Shown here: in pieces, positions 1-8,852 of the stretch
Numbering within the stretch: the stretch's first letter is position 1
Layout of the letters: every line of letters starts with the position of its first letter
Source of the DNA: a virus
Lineage: Duplodnaviria; Caudoviricetes
IMG/VR virus record: IMGVR_UViG_2862421350_000002
Location: 1 to 64,000 of that record
DNA: 64,000 bases
Reading direction: 5' to 3' (one strand)
Made by a program: the position numbers and the translations under genes
Notes under the pieces: generated by a model
What the model saw: the letters and a program-made list of their open reading frames with translations, nothing else
The model's database searches: none
Told to the model about the DNA's origin: nothing

Positions 1-72
1 GAGGGCGATGGCCAGGCCAGCGGCGGTGTGTGCGGGGGTCGGGTTCTGGCCGGTGGGGTGGTTATCGGTCAT
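1..72 (-). CDS. Hypothetical protein, 5' part only
   Basis: ATG at 72 (MTDNHPTGQNP), GGAAGG RBS, downstream of the promoter near 215-240. Confidence 0.55.
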   Translation of the reverse strand, partial: MTDNHPTGQNPTPAHTAAGLAIAL

Positions 73-211
73 CGTGGTGGCCTTCCGGGGCGTGGTGGGT
101 GGTGCTGGTGGACGATGGGGCCACCACGCCGGAAGGCCTCCTGGGGGAGGACCGGTTGGGAGTCGCACCGCGGGCCTTAGGCCTCGGAACCGGAGGCCCG
201 GGTGCGCACCC

Positions 212-244
212 AACATACCCACTCTCGTATTGCGTAGCAATACG
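212..244 (-). promoter_or_regulatory. Promoter with palindromic operator
   Basis: TTGCTA-17-TATGTT on minus strand; palindrome CGTATTGC-GTA-GCAATACG at 226-244 overlaps the -35. Confidence 0.7.
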
Positions 245-254
245 GTTCGAGGTT

Positions 255-1628
255 CTATGTGTGGGCCATGTCGACAAACCGGCTGTAGTGCCCCTGGAAC
301 GCAACCGTGACCGTGGCAGTTGGCCCGTTGCGGTGCTTCGCCACGATGATGTCCGCCTCGCCGGCGCGCGGGGACTCCTTCTCGTACGCGTCCTCCCGAT
401 GGAGAAGCATCACGATGTCGGCGTCCTGCTCGATGGATCCCGATTCGCGGAGGTCGGACACCATGGGCTTCTTGTCGGTGCGCTGCTCCGGTCCGCGGTT
501 GAGCTGTGACAGGGCGATGACGGGCATGTGGAGCTCCTTCGCGAGGAGCTTGAGGCCGCGAGAGATCTCGGAGACTTCCTGCTGGCGGCTCTCGGCGGCC
601 TTCCCGCCGTTCTGCATGAGCTGCAGGTAGTCGATGACGATCATCTTGATGCCGTGGCGCTGAACCATGCGCCGGGCCTTGGCCCGGATGTCCATCATCG
701 TGAGGTTCGGGGACGCGTCGATGTAGATCGGGGCCTGCTTGATCTCGGCCTGGGCGGTCGCGAGGCGCGTCCAGTCGTCCTCGGTCATCGATCCGCTGCG
801 GATGTGGTGCAGGGCGACCTTCCCGGTGGCGGACAGCAGCCGGTAGTTGATCTCGCGGCGGCCCATCTCGAGAGAGAAGAACGCGGTCGGCATATCGCCC
901 TTGACGGAGCAGGCGCGGATGAAGTCCATGGCGAGGGTGCTCTTGCCCATCGCGGGCCGTCCAGCGACGACGATGAACTGCTCGGGGTGGAACCCGGTGA
1001 GGAGCTGGTCGAGGTCCATGAACCCGGTGGGAAGGCCGGTGAGGTCGGTGCCGCGGCGTCCGATCTCCTCGATCCAGTCGATGTCCTCCTCGAGGGTGTC
1101 GCCGGCCAGGGCGTAGTCCTCGTCGGCGTTCTCGTCGGCGACCTGGAACAGCTCGGCGCCCGCGGTGTTCAGGTCGTCGGCGAGTTCACCGTCTGCGTAG
1201 CCGAGCTGGGTGATGCGGGTGCCCGCTTCGACGAGGCGGCGGCGGGTGGCGCGCTCCTTGACGATGTCGGCGTAGTACGAGGCGTTCGCCGCGGTGGGCA
1301 CGGCCTGGACGAGGGTGTGGAGGTAGGTGGCGCCGCCGACCTTGGTGAGCATGCCGGTCTTGGCGAGCTCGGCGGCGGTGGTGATGGGGTCGGCAGGCTC
1401 GCCCTTCGCGTACAGGTTGAGGATCGCCGTGTAGACCATCTCGTGGGCGGGCCGGTAGAAGTCGCGGCCTTTCAGCTTCGCCTCGGTGACGACGTCCTCG
1501 ATGGCGTCCTTGGACAGCAGCATGCCGCCGAGGACGGACTGCTCGGCGTCCAGGTCCTGCGGGGGCATCCGGTCGAACATGCCGCGGTCGCGGTGTGCGG
1601 GCTCGGCAGCCTGCGGGGGGATACTCAT
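255..1628 (-). CDS. dnaB: Replicative DNA helicase
   Basis: GRPAMGKS Walker A, IDYLQL, LSQLNR, DLRESGSIEQDAD, KHRNGP; AAGGAG RBS before ATG 1628. Confidence 0.97.
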   Translation of the reverse strand: MSIPPQAAEPAHRDRGMFDRMPPQDLDAEQSVLGGMLLSKDAIEDVVTEAKLKGRDFYRPAHEMVYTAILNLYAKGEPADPITTAAELAKTGMLTKVGGATYLHTLVQAVPTAANASYYADIVKERATRRRLVEAGTRITQLGYADGELADDLNTAGAELFQVADENADEDYALAGDTLEEDIDWIEEIGRRGTDLTGLPTGFMDLDQLLTGFHPEQFIVVAGRPAMGKSTLAMDFIRACSVKGDMPTAFFSLEMGRREINYRLLSATGKVALHHIRSGSMTEDDWTRLATAQAEIKQAPIYIDASPNLTMMDIRAKARRMVQRHGIKMIVIDYLQLMQNGGKAAESRQQEVSEISRGLKLLAKELHMPVIALSQLNRGPEQRTDKKPMVSDLRESGSIEQDADIVMLLHREDAYEKESPRAGEADIIVAKHRNGPTATVTVAFQGHYSRFVDMAHT

Positions 1629-1709
1629 GGTGTGGCTCCTTCGGGAGTCCCGGAAGCAGCGGCCGGCCCTTGGACGGGGAATCACCGGCCGCTGCGCTCG
1701 TGTTCGGGG

Positions 1710-2876
1710 TCAGGCTCGGGCGAACTTCGGGTGGCACTCGGGGCACGGCACGTCACGCCCGTCAGGGAGCTCCCTGGTGCGCTGGTACGCGGCTGCGGGC
1801 CTCTCGCCGACGTTGCACACCCCACACCACTCCACAAGGCCGCCAGAAGCCGCCTGAGCCCCGGGAAGGGGCTTCTCCTCGACGCGGCGGCGCTTCAGGT
1901 TCCGCACCCGGTACGGCATAACCCTCGACGGGCGGGTCGCCGGCTTGTCCGCGTCGTCCTGGACCAGAACCAGCTCAAGGAACGTGTCGAACTCGTACCC
2001 CTGCGTGTGAGCTCTCGAGGCCAGCAGCGGGGCGAGCGCCCGCGCTTCGTCCGGACCCATCTGCCACTTCCCAGGGAGGTCCTGAAGGAACGCGTCAGCA
2101 GCCCGGATCTCCTCGGTGGTCGGCTGGTAGTCGTCAGCAGTCAGCGCGCACTGCTCGGCGTACCGGTCAGCCTTCGGCGCCCTTCCCTTGTTGCGGGGGT
2201 TAGGGGGAGGAGTACCTCCTCCTCCCTCCGGGGGGTGTGGGGGGGACGGCTCAATGCGTCCCGGAATTGGGGAAGCATTCTGACCTGCGGGAACACGCCT
2301 TCCACCACGTCCCGGAACTGGGGAACTGGTGTAACCGGATCCCTGGTTCCGGGAAGCATTCTGACCTGCGGCTTTCCCCGGTCGCCCAACTTCCCCATCC
2401 ACCAGTTCCCTGGTTCCGGAACGTGTTCTGACCTGCGACTTCTCGGAGGGCTTCAGAGGGTCGCTGCCTACCTGGCGGGCCTGCCAGTCGGGGTTCCACG
2501 CCGGGTTGTCGTACAGCCTGTACGCGATTCGGCCCTTGCGGCCCGGGTGCTTCTCGTTCGGCAACTCGACCCGCAGCAAGTAGCCGGCCGCGATGATCCG
2601 GGTGAACGACTCGTACACCGAGTTCTTCCCGACGAGCTCCTCCCGATTCTTCGTCGACCGAATCCCGCGCTCCTTCAGTCGCTCCCACACCCTCAGCGGT
2701 GTGACGTCCATTCCGGAGGTGACGTCGAAGAGAACTTGCAGCAGCACGACGTAGTCGATGCCGTCCACAAGGTCGGAGCCCACACCCATGTGGGCAGGTA
2801 CAGATACGCCGCTGACCGGCACTTTGGCGCGCGTGATGCCGCCGTTCTCGTTGAACTCCTCAGCCTGCGGTTTCAC
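1710..2876 (-). CDS. Phage replication initiator (lambda O-like organisation)
   Basis: Directly upstream of dnaB; wHTH-like N-terminus, central linker encoded by DNA repeats, C-terminal CxxC...CPECHP. Confidence 0.7.
   Translation of the reverse strand: MKPQAEEFNENGGITRAKVPVSGVSVPAHMGVGSDLVDGIDYVVLLQVLFDVTSGMDVTPLRVWERLKERGIRSTKNREELVGKNSVYESFTRIIAAGYLLRVELPNEKHPGRKGRIAYRLYDNPAWNPDWQARQVGSDPLKPSEKSQVRTRSGTRELVDGEVGRPGKAAGQNASRNQGSGYTSSPVPGRGGRRVPAGQNASPIPGRIEPSPPHPPEGGGGTPPPNPRNKGRAPKADRYAEQCALTADDYQPTTEEIRAADAFLQDLPGKWQMGPDEARALAPLLASRAHTQGYEFDTFLELVLVQDDADKPATRPSRVMPYRVRNLKRRRVEEKPLPGAQAASGGLVEWCGVCNVGERPAAAYQRTRELPDGRDVPCPECHPKFARA
2257..2437. repeat. Iteron-like repeats, putative lytic origin
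   Basis: TTCTGACCTGCG at 2278, 2359, 2426; CGTCCCGGAAYTGGGGAA at 2257, 2308; CCCTGGTTCCGG at 2341, 2408. Confidence 0.7.
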
Positions 2877-3103
2877 GCGGTCACCCCCGCCGTACGGAGG
2901 ATCACAGAGCGTGGACTTGTTGGCGTGACTCTCGGGGCCGATACTGTGTGCATCGAGATCTGCTCTCTGAAGGTGGAGCTCGTTGATGCAGCGGGTTCCC
3001 GTCCGCTGTTGTGCTTGGAAGCCCGGTGGTCTGCGATCCGCCGGGCTTTCGCACGTCCAGGACTACCGCGTACCGCGGCTATGGCTGGACGTAAGCGGCT
3101 CAC
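2873..3103 (-). CDS. Hypothetical protein
   Basis: 4-bp overlaps with both neighbours. Confidence 0.45.
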   Translation of the reverse strand: MSRLRPAIAAVRGSPGRAKARRIADHRASKHNSGREPAASTSSTFREQISMHTVSAPRVTPTSPRSVILRTAGVTA

Positions 3104-3381
3104 GACTCGCCGCCTGAAGCGCGGGGGTGCTCCCGGAAGAACGCGAGGAACGGCTCGGTCTCCATCACTGTGGCCTTGGCCAGTTCCCAGTACGGGTAGG
3201 GCCGGCCGTCGCCGAACGGCCAGTCCGGGTGTGTGGCTGCGATGTAGCGAATGCCCTGGTGGGTGATGTGCTCGACGATTCCGAGCTGGATGAGGAGTTG
3301 CGCGCCGCTCTGGTAGGTCACCGCGGGAGGGAGGCGGTGTTCGGTGGCGCTCACCACTGGTGGACGATCATGGAAGGGCAC
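3100..3381 (-). CDS. Small putative DNA-binding protein; start uncertain
   Basis: ITHQGIRYIA..PDWPFG motif; first gene of the replication operon. Confidence 0.55.
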   Translation of the reverse strand: MPFHDRPPVVSATEHRLPPAVTYQSGAQLLIQLGIVEHITHQGIRYIAATHPDWPFGDGRPYPYWELAKATVMETEPFLAFFREHPRASGGES

Positions 3382-3555
3382 AAGTGTGCGCTGGTGGATC
3401 TCACTAGTAGGCTCCGGTGTGTGGGTTAACTCTTCGCGGGTTCTCTCACTGCTGCCGACTTCGCAGGTCGGTAGTGCTCAAAGGACGGCCGGGCGGGGTC
3501 GGTAGCCCCCTCGGCCGTTCGCGCGTCCGAGCTGGATGCCGGGACGCTTCAACGG

Positions 3556-4356
3556 TCAGGCGCCAACCCCCTCGGGACCGTCGCCCTCGATAGACCATCC
3601 ATACCGCAGCGTCCACTGGTGCGTGGGCATGATGTGCTCGGTCACCTCGACGACGCGCCCCTCGGCGGTCCGGGCGATGTGGAGCAGCTCGTAGACGCGC
3701 GCGTCCTCGGCGAGCTCCAGAGCCTCGACCTCGGCCTGCGACGGAGGCCGGACGTTGATCTCCTCGGTAATGTCGGACTGCGCCTGACCCATCTCGGCAA
3801 GGCGGCTGATCATCCCTCCGGCCCCGGTGTCGATGTCCTCAAGGGCGCTCCCGAACCCGATGTCACCCGGCACGTAAGACGTGGCGAGCTGGACCGGGGT
3901 CTCGTCCGCGAGCATCCGGCGCGACCGCGAAAGGGTCGACACCTCGTCCGCTGACACTTCGAGCAGTTCGGCGATGCGCGCCGGCGGGGCGACCCGGTCA
4001 ACGCTGACCTCGGACACGGCCCGCATCCCGAGCGCCTTCACCTCCGACGCAAAGGCGCCCCGAGACGGCGCCCCGTCGGCAGTGGCCTCCCGGAAGGTCT
4101 TCGTGTACCGGACGTTGGCGTCCCGGTGGATCTTGTTGAGCAGAGGGCTCACGGCGTAGTTGCGTCCTTTCTTGATCAGGTACCCCTCGGCCAGAAGCAG
4201 GCGGACTGCCTGACCAACGGTTCCTCGGTTGGTTTCGTACCGCGTGGCCAGCGTCGCGTCCCCAGGCAGTGAAGCGCCGGGCGCGAAGGTGCCGTCAGTG
4301 ATGGCGGTACGCAACAGATCTGCGACATGGCGGTATGCCGGACGGTTGCTAGTCAT
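3556..4356 (-). CDS. GntR/HutC-family repressor (KorSA/TraR-like)
   Basis: PAYRHVADLLRTAITDG wHTH plus UTRA-type C-terminus; divergent from the transfer operon. Confidence 0.9.
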   Translation of the reverse strand: MTSNRPAYRHVADLLRTAITDGTFAPGASLPGDATLATRYETNRGTVGQAVRLLLAEGYLIKKGRNYAVSPLLNKIHRDANVRYTKTFREATADGAPSRGAFASEVKALGMRAVSEVSVDRVAPPARIAELLEVSADEVSTLSRSRRMLADETPVQLATSYVPGDIGFGSALEDIDTGAGGMISRLAEMGQAQSDITEEINVRPPSQAEVEALELAEDARVYELLHIARTAEGRVVEVTEHIMPTHQWTLRYGWSIEGDGPEGVGA

Positions 4357-4392
4357 GGTCAAAACCTTACCCGCAACACCTTTACTGGGCAA

Positions 4393-4436
4393 CGCAATGC
4401 GAGCTATTGACATCGCATTGCGAGTTGGTGTTGAGT
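4393..4436 (+). promoter_or_regulatory. Transfer-operon promoter with operator
   Basis: CGCAATGCGA (4393) and TCGCATTGCG (4413) inverted arms flank TTGACA at 4407-4412. Confidence 0.75.
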
Positions 4437-4564
4437 AGGTCACGTCGGAAACGGCGGGAGCCCTGAAATGCCAAACGGCCCTGGTGCTGAAGACACCAGA
4501 GCCGCTCAGGGGCCCGAAAGCCCGACGGACCGTGTTCCACCTGCTCAATCAGGAGGAGATCCGC

Positions 4565-4702
4565 GTGAATCAGCGTAGCCGCATCACCGGACAGACCGCA
4601 CCCACCACCAGCAACGACATGGACGAGGCCCTCCGCCGCGTCCAGGGCCGACCCGCCCCCACCACGAGCCCCCGCCTCACCGCGACGGCGGTGGCGGCAT
4701 GA
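4565..4702 (+). CDS. Small hypothetical protein
   Basis: AGGAGGAG RBS, GTG start, ATGA overlap with the next gene. Confidence 0.6.
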   Translation: MNQRSRITGQTAPTTSNDMDEALRRVQGRPAPTTSPRLTATAVAA

Positions 4703-5508
4703 GCTTCGTACCGGCCCCTCGCGTCGCCGACGTCTACGAGTCCCACGACCGGGAGCGCTTGCGCCTGAGGTCCGCGGCCTCCCCCTGCATGAACCCGATC
4801 CTCAGCGCCGAAGCGGCCGTAGCACAGACCGCGCTTCTGCTGGAGAACCTGACCCGGGAGCACGAGGAGAACCTCGACCGCCTCAACCGGGCACGCACTC
4901 TCCTCGGCCTGGACGCTGTCCCGCAGCCGATCTCGGCCCCGGAGCCGGCCCCCGCCACGCCACCGTCTTCCACGCAGCCCAAGACCACGCTGCCGCCGCG
5001 CCAGGCCAACATGCACCCGACGTACACCGACCACGCTGGTCGCATCACCAGCCGGGCCCGCCTCACCACCCTCACCAAGACCACCGGCTTCTTTCGCACC
5101 GCCACCGGCGAAACCTGGCGTTGGGTGGCCTCCGCCACCTACGTCGACCTCCTGGAGGAGCTGTTCGCCGGCGCACCGGTCGTCGCCACCCTCTTCGACC
5201 GCGGTGACGGATTCGTCGTCATCCAGGCGGTCCGCCCCGCGAGCCGCGTGGACTGGGACACCGACGAGTTCGACTTCAACGAGCACGCCGGACTGGGGCA
5301 GGCCACGGTCACCCACCGGCAGGGCATGAAGAAGATCCTCGCCAAGCAGAACGGCCTGGTCTGCGCGTCCTGCGACCGCAACCTCGGAAAGCACGCTCAG
5401 GCCGCCATCGCGGCAGAGCCCCTCAAGCCTACGGTCCTCATGTGCCGACCGTGCAAGGAGGACTGGCGCGACGCCCAGGCCGCCCGCCCCCTGAAGGCGG
5501 TGGCGTGA
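4699..5508 (+). CDS. Hypothetical protein with C-terminal C4 zinc finger
   Basis: CASC...CRPC; translationally coupled. Confidence 0.75.
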   Translation: MSFVPAPRVADVYESHDRERLRLRSAASPCMNPILSAEAAVAQTALLLENLTREHEENLDRLNRARTLLGLDAVPQPISAPEPAPATPPSSTQPKTTLPPRQANMHPTYTDHAGRITSRARLTTLTKTTGFFRTATGETWRWVASATYVDLLEELFAGAPVVATLFDRGDGFVVIQAVRPASRVDWDTDEFDFNEHAGLGQATVTHRQGMKKILAKQNGLVCASCDRNLGKHAQAAIAAEPLKPTVLMCRPCKEDWRDAQAARPLKAVA

Positions 5509-5735
5509 TGGCCGCTCTCCCCGTCACCCCGCACCCGCGTCTCGTCGCGGAGATCGTCGACCTGGCCACCCAGTACGACTACGACGTCATCGACCTCATC
5601 GACAACGTCGAGTACGTGTTCGCGGTCATCGACCCCCAGTCGTACCTCGACGACGTGTTCGGCTCTCCCGACGCCGAAGCGTCCCTTGCCGCGTACGAGC
5701 AGCTGGTCACCGGCGAATGGGACGGCCGGCTGTGA
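5508..5735 (+). CDS. Small acidic hypothetical protein
   Basis: TGATG overlap, high GC3. Confidence 0.7.
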   Translation: MAALPVTPHPRLVAEIVDLATQYDYDVIDLIDNVEYVFAVIDPQSYLDDVFGSPDAEASLAAYEQLVTGEWDGRL

Positions 5736-5869
5736 CCGCCGCCGAAGCCAACGCCAACGCTGCTACAGCGGCCGCGCTCGAAGCCGCCCGCGCCCAAGCC
5801 GCCCAGGACCTTGCGGCCGCCGAAGAAGCTGCCGCCCGCCTCCACCAGCTCACCGGAGGCGACCAGTGA
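5732..5869 (+). CDS. Ala-rich 45-aa peptide
   Basis: GTGA overlaps at both ends; MTAAEANANAA...TGGDQ. Confidence 0.6.
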   Translation: MTAAEANANAATAAALEAARAQAAQDLAAAEEAAARLHQLTGGDQ

Positions 5870-6258
5870 CCCCCAACCCCGTGCACACCGCCGGGAACGC
5901 GGTCCCCCCGCTCGACCCCGACCTCGCAGGTGTCCTCGACGACCTGGACGGCATCCACGCCGGCATCGACCTCATCCGCGACGGGATCCGCCTCCTCGCC
6001 CTCGACCGCCACACCCCGGACGGCACGCAGACGCTCCTCGCGACGCTCGCCGGTTCGGCCGGCGCCGACGTGGTCACCGCGGTGGCCCACCTCGTCGCCC
6101 GGTTGGCCAACGCCGACCTCAACCCCGCCCTCCACGGCCTCCCACTCGACACCCAGAAGACCACCCGCCACCTCGGCGAGCAGGCCGCCTACCACCTCGC
6201 CGACCCCGACCTCCACCAGCCCGCCTCCGAAGCCTCCGCCACCATTACCGGCACCTGA
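5866..6258 (+). CDS. Hypothetical protein
   Basis: GGAGG RBS, GTGA overlap. Confidence 0.75.
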   Translation: MTPNPVHTAGNAVPPLDPDLAGVLDDLDGIHAGIDLIRDGIRLLALDRHTPDGTQTLLATLAGSAGADVVTAVAHLVARLANADLNPALHGLPLDTQKTTRHLGEQAAYHLADPDLHQPASEASATITGT

Positions 6259-6268
6259 AAGGTCCGAC

Positions 6269-6436
6269 ATGTACGAGTGCGCGAACTGCGGGGCTTCCTG
6301 CGGCTACCGGCACCGGACCGGCGACCACCTGTTCTGCAGCGCCGACTGCCAGGCCGCAGCACCCAACGACGACACACCGATCTGGGACCCCCTGATCAAG
6401 GCACCGCCGACCGACACCACGAAGCGCCCGTTCTGA
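6269..6436 (+). CDS. Small zinc-finger protein
   Basis: CANC...FCSADC; GAAAGG RBS. Confidence 0.65.
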   Translation: MYECANCGASCGYRHRTGDHLFCSADCQAAAPNDDTPIWDPLIKAPPTDTTKRPF

Positions 6437-6459
6437 CCCGACACCAGAAGGAGACCACC

Positions 6460-6768
6460 ATGACCGCCACGAAGACCCTCACCGCCGACAGCCTCATCGC
6501 CGAGTACGCCGACGACATCGCGTTCGCCGCCGAAGAAGAGCAGCCCGCCACCACCGTTGACGACTTCGCCGCCCAGCTGCGGGACGCCATCCGGAACTTC
6601 GAACGCGCCGGAATCAACGGCGGAGACGAGCTGGAGAACGCGGCCACGTACCTGGTCGACGCCGCCACCAGCACCAACCCCACCGAGCAGGCCGTGTTCC
6701 TGAAGAAGGCCGCCAAGGGCCTGGCCTACGTCGACGACATGGTCTCCGAACTCCGCGACATGGTCTAA
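6460..6768 (+). CDS. Hypothetical protein
   Basis: AAGGAG RBS, codon bias. Confidence 0.75.
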   Translation: MTATKTLTADSLIAEYADDIAFAAEEEQPATTVDDFAAQLRDAIRNFERAGINGGDELENAATYLVDAATSTNPTEQAVFLKKAAKGLAYVDDMVSELRDMV

Positions 6769-6825
6769 CCCCCGCCCCCATCCGAAGCCTCCGCCGCCAT
6801 CACCGGCACCTGAAAGGACCCGCAC

Positions 6826-7026
6826 ATGAGCACCCACGCCGACGCCATCGCCGCCGCCGACAACCTCCGCCGCGAACTCTCCGCCGCCGGAGCCCACCAC
6901 GACCCCGCCGGCATGACCGACACCGACATCACCCGCATCACCGCCGCCGTACAGCACCTCGCCGCGGTCACCAACGGCAACCAGCACCAGACCCACGAAG
7001 CCATCCACACCGCCCACGCCGCCTGA
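6826..7026 (+). CDS. Hypothetical protein
   Basis: GAAAGGA RBS. Confidence 0.65.
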   Translation: MSTHADAIAAADNLRRELSAAGAHHDPAGMTDTDITRITAAVQHLAAVTNGNQHQTHEAIHTAHAA

Positions 7027-7132
7027 CCCGGCCCGCCCTGTCGTCACCAACCCCCACCGGTTGGTGACGGCATGGCAGCCCGGACCACCCCGGCCCTGCA
7101 CCCCGCCACTCAACGACGAGAAAGGCACCCCG

Positions 7133-7291
7133 ATGACCGCCACCGAATTCCGCCAGCAGCACGGAGACCCCACCACCTGGACCACCGCCGACATCGAAAC
7201 CCAGCAGAACCTCGCCGCCTGCGACGCCCACCCCAACGACATCAAGGCCGCCGCCGACCGGCTCCGCGCACTCCTCGCCCCCGCCGCCTGA
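7133..7291 (+). CDS. Small hypothetical protein
   Basis: GAAAGG RBS; MTATEFRQQHGDPTTW. Confidence 0.65.
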   Translation: MTATEFRQQHGDPTTWTTADIETQQNLAACDAHPNDIKAAADRLRALLAPAA

Positions 7292-7323
7292 CCGCCGCTA
7301 CCCGCACCCGAAAGGACCGACCC

Positions 7324-8337
7324 GTGAAGCTCCTCCCGGCCAAGGCGACCAACCGGTCCCCCCTCCTCTGGCCCGCACTCGGCCTCTCCGCCGCCTCCCT
7401 CGCCTGGACCACCTGGAGCCTCGTCGACCTCCTCGGAGCAGGCCTCATCGGCGTCACCGTTGCCGCCGGCGCCGACGTCATCTGGGGATCCGTCATCATC
7501 GCCGAAGCCCGCGGCCTCCGCGTCGCCGTCGGCAAGAAGAAGAACCGCAACATCGTCTCCGCCTTCGGCTGGGCCTCCCTCCTCGTCGTCGCCGCCTTCC
7601 TCGCCCTCCACGGCATCCAGAAGGACAGCCTCGCCATGGCCGCCGCCGGCCCCTTCCTCCCCTTCGGCGCCAAGGCCGTCTGGGCCCTCGCCCTCGCCGA
7701 CATGCGCGACCCCGCCGCCCTCACCGACAACGAGAAGAACACCCTCGCCGAGATGGAACGCCACATGGCGTTCGAGGAGGCGCAGCACCTCATCGAGATG
7801 CGGCGCCGCGAGATGGGCGCCGAACGCCAGATGTCCGAGGTGTCCGTCGACTTCGACATCGAACTGATGCGGCAGGACAAGACCCGCGAACTGATGCGCC
7901 GCCGCCCCCTGGAACTCACCGCCGGTGATGCGGCTGGCGATGCGCACCGCATCACTGATGCGCCGCACGACCGCCTCACCCCTGATACGGCCACTGGGTA
8001 CTCCGCATCATCCGCCCAGCACACGATGCTCAACGCGGCCGCCCACCGCACCGACGCGGTTCGTGAAACCGCAGCTCAGACCCATGATGCGCCCCTGATG
8101 CGGACGACACGCGACCCGGCTGCGGCGCCCCGTATCGCCGGTGAGGCGCAGCACCTCGAAGGCCTCTCCAAGGCCGCCGCAGTCCGAGTGATGCGTGATG
8201 CGGACCCCACCGCATCAGCGCCGCAGATCGTGGAGCGCCTCGCGCATCACGGAATCGAAGCGGACCCCGGATACGTCCGCACCGTCCTTTCCCGCACTAA
8301 GCAGCAGCGCAACACCACGGAAGGCGGCTACCTGTGA
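7324..8337 (+). CDS. SpdB-like multi-TM spread protein with C-terminal HTH
   Basis: About 4 hydrophobic helices, coiled coil, terminal APQIVERLAHHG..YVRTVLSR; upstream of traB. Confidence 0.7.
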   Translation: MKLLPAKATNRSPLLWPALGLSAASLAWTTWSLVDLLGAGLIGVTVAAGADVIWGSVIIAEARGLRVAVGKKKNRNIVSAFGWASLLVVAAFLALHGIQKDSLAMAAAGPFLPFGAKAVWALALADMRDPAALTDNEKNTLAEMERHMAFEEAQHLIEMRRREMGAERQMSEVSVDFDIELMRQDKTRELMRRRPLELTAGDAAGDAHRITDAPHDRLTPDTATGYSASSAQHTMLNAAAHRTDAVRETAAQTHDAPLMRTTRDPAAAPRIAGEAQHLEGLSKAAAVRVMRDADPTASAPQIVERLAHHGIEADPGYVRTVLSRTKQQRNTTEGGYL

Positions 8338-8852
8338 GCCGCCACACCGCCCCGGCGCCGCAGACGGCCACCCCGTCTGCGGCCCGGACCCACGACCGCA
8401 TCACCACCGCCCCGGTCACGCTCCAGCCAGCCATCGCCCCGGCCCCGCCGGCTGCCCCGGACTGGCCGACATGGGGGCAGCGGATCCTCCCCACCCCGCT
8501 CCGCGGTCTCCTCGTCGACCTCGGCATGTGGCAGGACCCCCAGCCCCTGCCGCCGTCCGGGCACCTCACCCAGACCATCGCAGTCCTCGACCGGTACGGA
8601 TGGTGCCGGTCCCTCGACTACAGCCCCACCGGGCGGATGTGTATCCGCGGCGCCCAGAACCTCCTCGAAAAGACCGGCCACGTCACCCCCGCAGCCCGCG
8701 ACCGGGCCGTCGACCACATGCAAACCGTCCTGTCCCGGCACGGCGTCACCATGCCGTTCCACGCTTGGAACGACCTCCCCCACCAGCAGTTTTCCAACAT
8801 CCAGACCCTCCTCACCCGAGCCGCGTACACCGCACGAGCGAACGGAGAATGA
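8334..8852 (+). CDS. Conserved actinobacterial mobile-element protein (DUF6197-like)
   Basis: GWCR...MCIRGA...AWND motifs. Confidence 0.65.
   Translation: MSRHTAPAPQTATPSAARTHDRITTAPVTLQPAIAPAPPAAPDWPTWGQRILPTPLRGLLVDLGMWQDPQPLPPSGHLTQTIAVLDRYGWCRSLDYSPTGRMCIRGAQNLLEKTGHVTPAARDRAVDHMQTVLSRHGVTMPFHAWNDLPHQQFSNIQTLLTRAAYTARANGE

Larger units (their letters stand above)
6226..6817 (+). repeat. 37-bp direct repeat pair at 6226-6262 and 6781-6817
   Basis: TCCGAAGCCTCCGCCRCCATYACCGGCACCTGAAAGG, 35/37 identical. Confidence 0.9.

Noticed and set aside
255-1628. Intein in DnaB, or a host chromosomal dnaB
   Set aside because: Normal length with continuous motifs, in a phage initiator context
2257-2437. 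CRISPR-like array
   Set aside because: Irregular short repeats inside a gene; no cas genes
528-3266. 912-aa plus-strand ORF and other long antisense ORFs (6304-7968, 8618-10894, 31824-34058, 52529-54349)
   Set aside because: High-GC shadow frames opposite well-supported genes
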